Positions 19,712 through 28,964 of a stretch of DNA of 64,000 nt are shown in pieces. The DNA is taken from NCBI GenBank assembly GCA_963753595.1, contig CAVWCX010000007.1:118424-182423 (forward strand), read 5' to 3'. Source of the DNA: Candidatus Methanoperedenaceae archaeon (GTDB lineage: Archaea > Halobacteriota > Methanosarcinia > Methanosarcinales > Methanoperedenaceae). Each line of letters begins with the position of its first letter. The first letter of the stretch is position 1. The translations under genes and the position numbers were made by a program. The notes beneath the pieces are model-generated. The model was not told the DNA's origin, searched no databases, and saw only the letters and a list, made by a program, of their open reading frames with translations.

Positions 19712-20371
19712 TCACAGGAATCCCAGTGTATCTTCTATACGGCTAATCTCAGGGCTGGTGGTTTCTTCGCCCACCACATAGCCTTTTACATTGGCAAGAA
19801 GCCCGGAACCAACAAGAGGTGAGCCAAAATTAACCGTCCCGATATTGACTGGTAATTTGAACAGCTCTTCAATTACCGAAATCTCAGCAGGGCTGGATTT
19901 AGGATGCACGAGTACACCTTTGTTCGTGGCTATACCTGCCATTCCCACGGTCTTTAAACCGCCAAGAGTGCCTCGCTGGACTTCGACACCGAGAGTTTTC
20001 TGAATTATCTTAATGGACTTTTCTGAGAGATCCGGATGAACAAGGGCTGCCGTATCATTGGCTAAAATAAGATTTCCTGCTGCGTTATGCTCTTCAGTCA
20101 ACCTTGCTGCCTTGATATGTTTCCTTATGGCCCTGATCTCTTTTTCCAGGACAAAGCCTGCTACCATCATCCCGTTATTGTTTCCCCGCATAAGTGAACC
20201 CAGAATGGCACTTCCGCTTATTGCAGTGCGGCAGGCTACAACGCCCAGTGATTCTTCCAATTCCCCTATGGTTTCGGCAGATGTATCATAAGGTACAAAT
20301 ACAAATTCATCTGTACATGTTGCAAAAACGCCCAGTACGGGGCTCCCTGAAATATTTAATTTACGTTTCAA
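19712..20371 (-). CDS. eif6: Translation initiation factor 6 (aIF6)
   Basis: GNLILANDTAALVHP, GTVNFGSPLVGSG, TTSPEISRIE; follows L31e. Confidence 0.95.
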   Translation of the reverse strand: MKRKLNISGSPVLGVFATCTDEFVFVPYDTSAETIGELEESLGVVACRTAISGSAILGSLMRGNNNGMMVAGFVLEKEIRAIRKHIKAARLTEEHNAAGNLILANDTAALVHPDLSEKSIKIIQKTLGVEVQRGTLGGLKTVGMAGIATNKGVLVHPKSSPAEISVIEELFKLPVNIGTVNFGSPLVGSGLLANVKGYVVGEETTSPEISRIEDTLGFL

Positions 20372-20389
20372 TTATGCCCCAAAAAAAAA

Positions 20390-20653
20390 TTATTCCTGGG
20401 CGAGTTCGGCCTGAACGCCGCCGGCTTCGAACTTGACCGCCCTTACTCTTAATTTTAACGGCGGTTTCATTGAGCCTCTCTCCCAGAGTTTCTCGTTGAT
20501 GGTCTTATCGATCTTGACCTCGTCAAGGTCGGTCTTCAGGTGTTTTCCGAGGTATGCTCTTACTTTCCTGACTGCGCATTCTGCTCTCTTCCAGCGCGGG
20601 ACTTTCCTTGCATCCGAAAGGGGAATAGTATAAATTCTTTCAATATCTGCCAT
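20390..20653 (-). CDS. rpl31e: 50S ribosomal protein L31e
   Basis: [26 protein letters not shown]. Confidence 0.95.
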   Translation of the reverse strand: MADIERIYTIPLSDARKVPRWKRAECAVRKVRAYLGKHLKTDLDEVKIDKTINEKLWERGSMKPPLKLRVRAVKFEAGGVQAELAQE

Positions 20654-20663
20654 AATAATCACT

Positions 20664-20816
20664 TTAAACCTTGAGTGTGCTTCTTCTCCAGTTGCGTCTC
20701 TTTGGGTGGGTCATTACATTTCTCTTGGTCTTTACGATAACCCATGCCGGGAGGCGCTGGTTCTGGTTCTGGTGTTTTGCCAGTCGTTTCTTCTTTGCTT
20801 TTGTCCTTTGAGTCAT
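20664..20816 (-). CDS. rpl39e: 50S ribosomal protein L39e
   Basis: Manual: [50 protein letters not shown]; standard L39e-L31e-eIF6 order. Confidence 0.95.
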   Translation of the reverse strand: MTQRTKAKKKRLAKHQNQNQRLPAWVIVKTKRNVMTHPKRRNWRRSTLKV

Positions 20817-20935
20817 AAGAATTCACCGAATAATCTAGAATTGGAATACCCTGTACGTCTTGATACATTGATAAAGCTTTTGGATACCTATTTATACCCT
20901 CCTGCCATCTAAAATCCTCTTGAGGGTGATATGAT

Positions 20936-22210
20936 ATGGAAAAAACATCAAAGATATCAGGTTTTTATAAGCAAAGCCCGGAAGAAAGGCTCAGGATAGT
21001 ATCCGAATTCTCGGGGCTCTTAGAAGAAGAAGCATCATGCATAGGTGCAACTGGCGCTCTTTCACTTGATGCTGCTGACAGAATGGTGGAAAACCTCATT
21101 GGAATTATGGAAGTGCCGATGGGTGTTGCGGTGAATTTCCAGATAAACGGCAGGGATTATCTCATTCCCATGGCAATTGAGGAACCATCAGTGATAGCCG
21201 CAGCGAGCAATGCAGCGAAAATGGCGCGGGAAGGCGGGGGTTTCACAACGAGCAGCACCGGTCCGGTAATGATGGGCCAGATACAGGCAGTCGGGATAAA
21301 AGACCCAAATGGCGCCAGATTGAACATTCTTGAGAAAAAAGATGAGATCATAAGGCGCGCGAACGAGGTTGACCCGATACTTGTTAAATTCGGCGGCGGC
21401 GCAAAGGATGTTGAAGTCCGGGTGATAGATACGCCTTCAGGGAAAATGGTCATCACGCACCTTGTAGTGGATTGCAGGGATGCCATGGGCGCAAATGCCG
21501 TGAATACGATGGCTGAAACAGTGGCTCCTTATATTGAAGAACTCACCGGAGGGCGCGTATATCTTCGTATTATTTCAAATTTTGCAGATAAACGTTTGAT
21601 GAGGGCAAAAGCGGTTTTCCCAAAAGAGACTATCGGGGGAGAAGATGTTGTTGACGGTATCCTTGCAGCATATCATTTCGCGGCAGGCGATCCATACAGG
21701 GCGGCAACTCATAACAAAGGTATCATGAACGGGGTTTCAGCAGCAGTGCTTGCTACAGGTAACGATACAAGGGCAATAGAAGCAGGGGCGCATGTTTATG
21801 CATCACGAAGCGGAGTTTACCGGCCCCTTTCGTGTTATGAGAAAAATGCAAATAATGATCTTGTTGCAACAATAGAAATGCCAATGGCCGTAGGTCTTGT
21901 AGGCGGGGCGACGAAAACAAATCCGATAGCGCGTGCTGCTGTAAAGATCCTTGGCGTAAAGTCAGCAACAGAAATGGGTGAAGTATTTGCAGCCCTTGGT
22001 CTTGCCCAGAATTTTGCAGCAATGCGTGCACTTGCCACAGAAGGCATCCAGAGAGGACATATGGGGCTTCATTCAAGGAATGTAGCCATCCAGGCAGGCG
22101 CCACTGGTGATCTGGTTGATAAAATAGCAGAAATAATGGTCAGGGAAAAGAAGGTAAGGGCGGACAGGGCAAAGGAACTGCTGGATGAGATGATAGAAAA
22201 AAGGAAATAG
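20936..22210 (+). CDS. HMG-CoA reductase, class II
   Basis: ENLIG, MAIEEPSVIAA, DAMGANAVNT, THNKGIMNG, GIQRGHMGLH. Confidence 0.93.
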   Translation: MEKTSKISGFYKQSPEERLRIVSEFSGLLEEEASCIGATGALSLDAADRMVENLIGIMEVPMGVAVNFQINGRDYLIPMAIEEPSVIAAASNAAKMAREGGGFTTSSTGPVMMGQIQAVGIKDPNGARLNILEKKDEIIRRANEVDPILVKFGGGAKDVEVRVIDTPSGKMVITHLVVDCRDAMGANAVNTMAETVAPYIEELTGGRVYLRIISNFADKRLMRAKAVFPKETIGGEDVVDGILAAYHFAAGDPYRAATHNKGIMNGVSAAVLATGNDTRAIEAGAHVYASRSGVYRPLSCYEKNANNDLVATIEMPMAVGLVGGATKTNPIARAAVKILGVKSATEMGEVFAALGLAQNFAAMRALATEGIQRGHMGLHSRNVAIQAGATGDLVDKIAEIMVREKKVRADRAKELLDEMIEKRK

Positions 22211-22383
22211 GCTGATTCAGGGGTCAGTCGTCAAAATAAAGGATTGCGCTATTAACGAAATTTGCCTCATCCGAAGCAATATCTGATAGCGCATACCTGG
22301 TCAGGTTGGCAAGTAAACTGCATCAGCTTAACACTATAAAAATATTTTGTTCAAGAATTAGCAATTATTGACAGGCTTGAACT

Positions 22384-22473
22384 TCACTTTGCCCCAAATC
22401 CGCCGCGAAGAAACCTCTGGAGGTCTTCTTCATCGTCATTATCCTGATATTTATGTGTTTTTTCTTCATCCAT
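22384..22473 (-). CDS. 29-aa peptide
   Basis: Manual: MDEEKTHKYQDNDDEEDLQRFLRGGFGAK; ATG 1 bp after the upstream stop. Confidence 0.55.
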   Translation of the reverse strand: MDEEKTHKYQDNDDEEDLQRFLRGGFGAK

Positions 22474-22474
22474 T

Positions 22475-22630
22475 TTAATTTTCCAATCCCAACAGATTGT
22501 CCTCTATAGTAAAAGCGCCCCTGCCACAGTCGATACATGAAACCATTGCAATTCCCTTAATGAAATCGGCGCTTCTTAACGGTATTGACTGTTTGCAATT
22601 CGGGCATACATATTGTTTCTCGGTGATCAT
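22475..22630 (-). CDS. 51-aa zinc-ribbon microprotein
   Basis: Manual: MITEKQYVCPNCKQ...VSCIDCGRGAFTIEDNLLGLEN; RBS GGTGG; two CxxC motifs. Confidence 0.8.
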   Translation of the reverse strand: MITEKQYVCPNCKQSIPLRSADFIKGIAMVSCIDCGRGAFTIEDNLLGLEN

Positions 22631-22755
22631 ATCAACCACCAGACATAATCCCGGTTATTTTCAGAGTTCATTTCATGCTCGCTTTTCCGGAATTTATTTA
22701 CTTTACCCTCATGGCTATTTCCCTCTAATTCTCCTCTGCCATCATTCTTGATCAT
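22627..22755 (-). CDS. 42-aa peptide with aromatic C-terminus
   Basis: Manual: MIKNDGRGELEGNSHEGKVNKFRKSEHEMNSENNRDYVWWLI; ATGA overlap with the next gene. Confidence 0.45.
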   Translation of the reverse strand: MIKNDGRGELEGNSHEGKVNKFRKSEHEMNSENNRDYVWWLI

Positions 22756-22757
22756 AA

Positions 22758-22886
22758 CTACTCATATCTTTTTGTTTTGTTCATAATCCCGCGATTCTGT
22801 GACAAAAGTGCCACATGACTAAGATCCGATATCAACCCGTAATGCTTCCTGTTTTTTAGATTACAGGGAGATAACAGTACCATCAT
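22758..22886 (-). CDS. 42-aa peptide, possible leaderless first ORF
   Basis: Manual: MMVLLSPCNLKNRKHYGLISDLSHVALLSQNRGIMNKTKRYE; BRE/TATA-like GAAAGCCTTTTATA just upstream. Confidence 0.3.
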   Translation of the reverse strand: MMVLLSPCNLKNRKHYGLISDLSHVALLSQNRGIMNKTKRYE

Positions 22887-22986
22887 AATGATTATAATAA
22901 TATAAAAGGCTTTCGCAGTTTATTGCTGATAATCTCACCTCACAAAGAGGGCTGAAATACTGCATAAACGCAGAGGACTACAATTA

Positions 22987-23448
22987 TCATTTATCTTTTT
23001 TTCTATGCCCGAAACGGGATGATCCAAGAGGCTTGAAACCATCAATAAGTCCGGGCATCTCTGTATTTCCTGCCTGTTTTACAAGATCCGGAAAATCATT
23101 CAACCCTGGCTTTCTTTGTGAATGCAGTATCCTAAACTCTTCGATTTCATCATGATCGATTTTTATCTCAGAAACATTTACCTTTTTCACAACATCAGCA
23201 GCTTTTTCAGCAGCTTCACTATCACTGCCCTTGTCCCTGCTTTTCTTACCGTTTAATTTGCCATCCTGGTAATGGATTTCAGGAGATTTTATACCCAGCT
23301 TAAGGGCACGCTCCGCAAGAGTATTATATTCTCGTATTACCCAGCCAATTTCTGAGTGGCTTTTGAATCCCACTTCAAAGCCAAGCTCATATATTTTCTT
23401 TATCAGTTCAGCCCTCTCTTTTTCCATTTTTGTATCGGTAATACCCAA
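22987..23448 (-). CDS. Hypothetical protein co-transcribed with KaiC-like ATPase
   Basis: 153-aa ORF, RBS AAGGAGG, 11 bp after the ATPase stop. Confidence 0.75.
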   Translation of the reverse strand: MGITDTKMEKERAELIKKIYELGFEVGFKSHSEIGWVIREYNTLAERALKLGIKSPEIHYQDGKLNGKKSRDKGSDSEAAEKAADVVKKVNVSEIKIDHDEIEEFRILHSQRKPGLNDFPDLVKQAGNTEMPGLIDGFKPLGSSRFGHRKKDK

Positions 23449-23459
23449 AACCTCCTTGT

Positions 23460-24212
23460 TTACTTCTTGAGCGATTTTCCTACTTTTATGCCCTTATCGG
23501 AAAATTCAATGGCTCGCAGCTCACAGTCATGTTTTGTCCCGCGCATTTTAATGATCTGTAAAGCACGGACCATACTTCCCTGCTTGTCCATGAAATTATG
23601 CAGGAATATCACACCATGGGATGCAAATTGTTCAATAGTATAAGCATCTGGTTTTGTAAGTTCGGATAGAAGGATCGTTGTACACCCCAGGGTTTTCAGA
23701 TTGCGGATGAACCTGCTAATTGAACGCTCTTCCGATGCCGGATCCCTTGACGCGAACCTGATCGAAGACAAAGAGTCGATCACCAGTCTCTTAATGCCGA
23801 ACTTTTTGACATGATTTTCCACTTCTTTAAATACGGAAAATGGAGTAGGTGGTTGATTCACAAGGTTCTCACCTGATTGCTGGACATAATCCGGAGCAAT
23901 AAGATTTGACATCTCATCATATTCCCCATAATTTATCGTAGGACCCAGATCTATAAAGAACAATTTTTTCTTCTTGATCAGATCATCGATATGCAGGTCA
24001 TATCGAGACATATCCTCTATAAAGATCCCGACACTCTCTGATAATGCAACGTATGCCCCTATCTCGCCTTCAAGGGCTCCGGCTGCAAGAAACTGGACGC
24101 CAAAAGTACTCTTTCCACTTCCCGGTGTGCCGCTCAATAAATACTGCCTTCCCTGCGGAAATCCTCCTTCAACCAGCGTATCAAATCCTTCAATCCCTGA
24201 TTTTATTCTCAA
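23460..24212 (-). CDS. KaiC/RAD55-family single-domain ATPase
   Basis: SGIEGFD..VEGG, GTPGSGKST, RLVIDSLS, IIKMRGTKH. Confidence 0.92.
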   Translation of the reverse strand: MRIKSGIEGFDTLVEGGFPQGRQYLLSGTPGSGKSTFGVQFLAAGALEGEIGAYVALSESVGIFIEDMSRYDLHIDDLIKKKKLFFIDLGPTINYGEYDEMSNLIAPDYVQQSGENLVNQPPTPFSVFKEVENHVKKFGIKRLVIDSLSSIRFASRDPASEERSISRFIRNLKTLGCTTILLSELTKPDAYTIEQFASHGVIFLHNFMDKQGSMVRALQIIKMRGTKHDCELRAIEFSDKGIKVGKSLKK

Positions 24213-24301
24213 TACCTACACCTCATAATCGTTGTTATAGTGTAATATTTTTTGAGTATATAAAAGCATTGATAAATGCGTACCTGAAATCACAACACGT
24301 T

Positions 24302-25735
24302 TTATTCCAGCCCCATATGTCCCAGAAGATGGTGATAATGTTCGGGAGGAACCAATGAATAAAAAGCTTTCTGGACAACCTCGCTTATTGCAGGATGGAT
24401 ATGCATTCCCTGGATTACAGGTTCTGGATTTTCTTCTTTTGTATACATGAGGTTCACAACTTCCTGGATAAGGATAGATGCATATGGGCCTATGATATGG
24501 GCGCCTAATATCCTCTCTGTGCTTTTTTCAAATATGATCTTCACAAAATAATCTTTTAAGTCCATCGCCTGGCCTTTTGCCGTATCTTCATATTTATGGA
24601 AACCGATCAACAGGTTTGCATGTCCGTATTTTTCCAGGGCTTCTTTTTCCCCCATTCCAACGCTTGCCATCTCAGGATATGAAAAAACAGCATAAGGGAC
24701 TGCGTGATAATCAACTTTTATCTTCTTTTTCATGACCGCATTATAGAAAACGACCCTTGATTCATAATTTGCCACATGCTTGAAGAGATATTTTCCATTG
24801 GAATCCCCGAAAGCCCAGACACCGGGTTGGTTTGTCTCAAGATATTCATTTACAACGATCCATCCTTTTGCATCTGTATTTATTCCTCCTTTCTCAGGAT
24901 GCAGGATGTCATGAGTGGGCCCCCGTCCTGAGGCAACCAGGATCTCATCAACGATAATATCAACTTTTTCCCCTTCACCCCGGGCAATGACTTTTTTCTT
25001 CCCATCTGCTGTTGTTTGCACTTCCTCGACTTCATGACCTGTGATGATATCCATGAATCCGGACATGTCTCTTTTTGCCAGCCTTGAAATCTCAGGCTCT
25101 TCTTCAGGGATGAACTGCCTGTTCCTTCCGATAATAGTTACCTTAGAACCCATTGAGGAGAAAAAATGGCCATACTCTGCTGCTATATATCCACCCCCAA
25201 TTATGGCAATGCTTGCCGGGAGTTTTGTCATTTCCAGAACAGTATCACTTGTGAGATAACCTGCTTCCTCCAGCCCCTTTACTTTCGGTATTGTTGTTTT
25301 TGAGCCGGTACACAGAAATATCATTTTTGAAGTAATGAGTGTGCCGCCAACTTTCATAGTATATGGTGATACGAAATCTGCAATATCGTGATAATAATCA
25401 ACATTCGGGTCACTGGAAAGTCCTTCACGTATCGATCCAATGTCTTCTGATATAATTGACCTCATTATATCCATAATGTAATTGAAATCAACAATTTTCA
25501 TTTCAACATCTATGCCGAATTTCCGGGCTGTTCCTATTGTCCTTATAAGTTCAGCAGGGTATAGCAGGAGTTTGGAAGGTATGCATCCGCGGGTAAGGCA
25601 TATTCCTCCCGGCTCATCTTTATCTATTACGGCGATTTTAAAACCAGGATTCTTTTCAAGGATTGAGCCAACATAGTTCATTCCCGAACCTGTTCCGATC
25701 ACGATCAGGTCATACTTTTTTATATCATTATTCAA
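24302..25735 (-). CDS. lpdA: Dihydrolipoamide dehydrogenase-family disulfide oxidoreductase
   Basis: GTGSG, GGICLTRGCIPSK, GGGYIAAE, HIHPAISE. Confidence 0.85.
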   Translation of the reverse strand: MNNDIKKYDLIVIGTGSGMNYVGSILEKNPGFKIAVIDKDEPGGICLTRGCIPSKLLLYPAELIRTIGTARKFGIDVEMKIVDFNYIMDIMRSIISEDIGSIREGLSSDPNVDYYHDIADFVSPYTMKVGGTLITSKMIFLCTGSKTTIPKVKGLEEAGYLTSDTVLEMTKLPASIAIIGGGYIAAEYGHFFSSMGSKVTIIGRNRQFIPEEEPEISRLAKRDMSGFMDIITGHEVEEVQTTADGKKKVIARGEGEKVDIIVDEILVASGRGPTHDILHPEKGGINTDAKGWIVVNEYLETNQPGVWAFGDSNGKYLFKHVANYESRVVFYNAVMKKKIKVDYHAVPYAVFSYPEMASVGMGEKEALEKYGHANLLIGFHKYEDTAKGQAMDLKDYFVKIIFEKSTERILGAHIIGPYASILIQEVVNLMYTKEENPEPVIQGMHIHPAISEVVQKAFYSLVPPEHYHHLLGHMGLE

Positions 25736-25872
25736 TAAAATTCCCCGTTAATAAAAAGTATTCACTTATTCATTTAAATCCTTTTTCTAATGGTCAAAAT
25801 GTTTTTTAATAGTCATAACCTAATAGTCATAATGGAATATGATTAATATCAGTCCGATCATTTCAGGAAGCA

Positions 25873-26172
25873 ATGAAAGATGCCATCAAAATCACCCGGG
25901 ATGGGGTGATCCTTGATCTTGAAATAACAGCAGGAGCAAAAGAAACTGCGATCCAGGGTTATAATCCATGGCGAAAGCGTATTGAAGTAAGGATCGCCCA
26001 AAGGGCTCAAAAAGGAAAAGCCAACGGAGAACTTATTTCATTTTTATCAGTATTATTTAATATTAATTCTAAGAACATAGAAATAGTATCCGGCCTGGCA
26101 AGCAGTAAGAAATCAGTAATGATCTTCCAGGGGAACCAAGAAGAGATCTTAGAAATCCTGAGTTCGAAATGA
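25873..26172 (+). CDS. UPF0235/DUF167 protein
   Basis: KGKANGELI...IEIVSG..S.KK. Confidence 0.88.
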   Translation: MKDAIKITRDGVILDLEITAGAKETAIQGYNPWRKRIEVRIAQRAQKGKANGELISFLSVLFNINSKNIEIVSGLASSKKSVMIFQGNQEEILEILSSK

Positions 26173-26594
26173 TGCAAAGTGATCTTGAAGATATAGAACG
26201 TCTTGAAAAACTCGAAGAGATTATTCTGGAACTGAAGGAACTCGTAAAGGCAGGGGCAATTATCATTGTCGAAGGCAGGAAGGATGAAGGTTCTTTGCGA
26301 TATCTTGGCATTAATGGTAATATCCAGTTTGCTTCACAGCAGCCATTGCTTGATCTTACGGATTCGCTCTCAAAGACCGGAAAAGAAATCGTGATATTGA
26401 CCGACTGGGATAAAAAAGGAAGCCTTGTTGCACGCAAAATAATTAAACATCTCTCTGCTTATGGTATTGTGCCCAATACCAAAATCCGGTTAAAGTTAAG
26501 ATCCCTTTCAAAAAAAAGAATAAAAGACGTGGAAAGTCTCAATAATTATGTTACTAAATTGAGATATGAAATTCATGGAATAATGAGATTTTAG
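26169..26594 (+). CDS. Small TOPRIM-domain protein
   Basis: IIVEGRKD and ILTDWDKKG motifs. Confidence 0.88.
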   Translation: MMQSDLEDIERLEKLEEIILELKELVKAGAIIIVEGRKDEGSLRYLGINGNIQFASQQPLLDLTDSLSKTGKEIVILTDWDKKGSLVARKIIKHLSAYGIVPNTKIRLKLRSLSKKRIKDVESLNNYVTKLRYEIHGIMRF

Positions 26595-26685
26595 AAATGC
26601 GAGTCGAAAAAAGAAAAATTGAACCCACATTTATCCTGCCTAACCAGCAGATATAAGGGATAATGATCATTTTTAGATTGAAATC

Positions 26686-28494
26686 ATGAAATCCCAACCC
26701 CCACTCCTTCCGATGTCACTACAGGAAGCCAAAAAACTTGGTATCCGTGATTTTGACATAATCCTTGTAACAGGCGATGCTTATGTCGATCATCCTTCTT
26801 TTGGGACAGCATTGATCGGGCGCGTTCTCTGGGATGCAGGATTTACTGTTGGTATTATAACACAACCTGACTGGAAGAGCAATGATGATTTTAAAAAATT
26901 AGGAAAACCGCGATTATTCTTCGGTGTGAGTTCGGGAAATGTTGATTCCATGGTAAATAATTATACTGCGAACCTCAAAATCCGAAGTGATGATGTTTAT
27001 TCACCTGGCGGACAGGGAGGACTGCGGCCAAACCGCGCATCAATTGTATATTCTGATAAGCTCCATTCAATTTTCCCTGGTACACCAATAATTCTTGGCG
27101 GGATTGAAGCAAGCCTGCGGCGCTTTGCCCATTATGATCACTGGTCAGATTCTGTACGCCAGTCCATCCTTGCTGATGCGCCTGCTGATATGATCGTCTT
27201 CGGGATGGGAGAAAGACCAATTGTCGAGATCGCAAATCGTCTTTCAAAAGGCGAGAACATTAAAGAGATCATAGATTTAGCAGGAACAGCTATTAAAATG
27301 GAAATCAGCAAATGGCGCTCAATCAGTCATGAGGGCTATGTAGAAATCCCCGGATTTCCTGAAGTTTCACGCGATAAAGAGCTTTATGCTAATGCATTTA
27401 ATCTTCATTACAACGAGCAAGACCCGGTCAGGGGAAGATCTGTGGTGCAACCGCACCCGAAAACCACAATAATCCAGAATAAACCCGCAATGCCGTTGAG
27501 TACACAGGAACTTGACCATGTATATGAACTTCCATTTTCAAGAAAAGCGCATCCCTCGTATAATAAGCCCATACCAGCACTTGCCCCTGTCAAATTTTCG
27601 GTCGTGAGCCACCGTGGATGCTTTGCATCATGCTCCTTTTGCGCCCTTACGCATCACCAGGGCAGGATAATCCAGAGCAGGAGCATAGAATCGATCGTTC
27701 GGGAAGTAAAAAGAATGGCGAAGATGCCTGATTTTAAGGGCATCGTGCAGGATGTGGGGGGGCCAACGGCAAATATGTATTCGATGCATTGCAAGCGGTG
27801 GGAGGCACAGGGCGCGTGTCCCGATAAAATTTGTATGGATTGCAAAAGTCTTGATGCAAGCCATAAGGGCCAGGTTGAACTCCTCAGACGACTCCTCGAA
27901 ATAGAAGGCGTCAAAAAAGTATTCATAGGTTCGGGGATACGCTATGACCTGGCGCTTAAAGATACATCCGGGTATCTTTCCCGGCTATGCGAGCATCATG
28001 TGAGCGGCCACCTCAAAGTGGCGCCTGAACACATAATAAAACATGTCACGGATATTATGCATAAACCTGGAAAAGAAGAGTTCGAGGAGTTCAGGAAACG
28101 ATTTGATGCAGAAAATAAAAGGCTGGGGAAACGGCAATATATTCTTCCATATTTCATGTCAGGGCATCCCGGATGCACAGTGGAGGACATGGTCGAGCTT
28201 GCCGAATATATCCGCGATAACAATCTTTACACGGAACAGGTACAGGATTTCACGCCCACGCCCATGACAGCTTCAACGTGTATGTATTACACAGGCATCG
28301 ATCCAGCCACCATGGAAAAAGTGCATGTGGCAAAAGGACGGGAAAAAAGGATACAAAGGGCGCTTTTGCAGTACAGGGATGAAAGGAATTACGGGTTTGT
28401 GGCTGAGGGACTGAAGATAGCTGGAAGGGAAGACCTGATAGGGAGTGAGAGGAAGTGCCTGATAAAGAGGGGAAGAGAAAATAGAAGGATCTAA
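26686..28494 (+). CDS. YgiQ/UPF0313 radical SAM protein
   Basis: GDAYVDHPSFG, RGCFASCSFC, EQVQDFTPTP. Confidence 0.93.
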   Translation: MKSQPPLLPMSLQEAKKLGIRDFDIILVTGDAYVDHPSFGTALIGRVLWDAGFTVGIITQPDWKSNDDFKKLGKPRLFFGVSSGNVDSMVNNYTANLKIRSDDVYSPGGQGGLRPNRASIVYSDKLHSIFPGTPIILGGIEASLRRFAHYDHWSDSVRQSILADAPADMIVFGMGERPIVEIANRLSKGENIKEIIDLAGTAIKMEISKWRSISHEGYVEIPGFPEVSRDKELYANAFNLHYNEQDPVRGRSVVQPHPKTTIIQNKPAMPLSTQELDHVYELPFSRKAHPSYNKPIPALAPVKFSVVSHRGCFASCSFCALTHHQGRIIQSRSIESIVREVKRMAKMPDFKGIVQDVGGPTANMYSMHCKRWEAQGACPDKICMDCKSLDASHKGQVELLRRLLEIEGVKKVFIGSGIRYDLALKDTSGYLSRLCEHHVSGHLKVAPEHIIKHVTDIMHKPGKEEFEEFRKRFDAENKRLGKRQYILPYFMSGHPGCTVEDMVELAEYIRDNNLYTEQVQDFTPTPMTASTCMYYTGIDPATMEKVHVAKGREKRIQRALLQYRDERNYGFVAEGLKIAGREDLIGSERKCLIKRGRENRRI

Positions 28495-28573
28495 ATGATA
28501 TTTTCAGTATCGATGGGGGGATTTTCGTACTATCGCAGTAAACTATTTATAATAGTTGCAATCCTATATAAAT

Positions 28574-28823
28574 AATAAGAGGTGTAATTATGGAATTCAA
28601 TGAAAAAACCGTTGGTTACATATTGTATGCAGTAGGAATTGTTGGCGGCGTGGAAGGAGCTACTAATGCGCGTCCGGGATTAAGCCTTGTGATAAGTATT
28701 GTATCCATGGTTGTTATCATAATCGGCAGCTATCTATTAGCGAAGAAATAATACTTTTTTTAATCTTTTGATCTTTTTTCAGGCATAGGGGAATGTGAAT
28801 AACAGAACATTTAGCAAAGGAAT
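28574..28823 (+). repeat. 250-bp direct repeat, copy 1
   Basis: Near-identical to 29275-29524 (offset 701 bp). Confidence 0.95.
28590..28751 (+). CDS. 53-aa two-TM membrane microprotein, copy 1
   Basis: MEFNEKTVGYILYAVGIVGGVEGATNARPGLSLVISIVSMVVIIIGSYLLAKK; RBS GAGGTG; T-rich terminator after the stop. Confidence 0.75.
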   Translation: MEFNEKTVGYILYAVGIVGGVEGATNARPGLSLVISIVSMVVIIIGSYLLAKK

Positions 28824-28832
28824 TCGTGGTTC

Positions 28833-28964
28833 TTATTTTTTCATCATCTTCTTAAATTCATCCACAGATAATCCAGCATCAGCCAATATACTTTTAACAA
28901 CTTTTGGATGCAGGATTTTTCCGCTATGATAAGCAATAGTTACTCTTGGTAGCTTTTCGCTCAT
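28833..28964 (-). pseudogene. hicA: HicA toxin with internal in-frame deletion
   Basis: MSEKLPRVTIAYHSGKILHPKVVKSILADAGLSVDEFKKMMKK; both HicA termini present but the central GSH segment is missing; ATGA overlap with hicB. Confidence 0.8.

Larger units (their letters stand above)
16670..19715 (+). mobile_element. IS200/IS605-family (IS1341-type, tnpB only) element, interrupted by IS1182
   Basis: TTAC target at 16666-16669; left hairpin 16696-16718 with CTTTAG loop and outer IR CAAGGGGTA/TACCCCTTG; right hairpin GCTCCG...CGGAGC reconstitutes after removing IS1182; ends in TCAC at 19712-19715. Confidence 0.85.

Noticed and set aside
20659-20868. ORF-track 69-aa ORF
   Set aside because: Alternative frame overlapping the real rpl39e gene.
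23460-24212. KaiC as a circadian clock component
   Set aside because: Single-domain RAD55/KaiC-like ATPase with no kaiA/kaiB; the same applies to 44674-45606.
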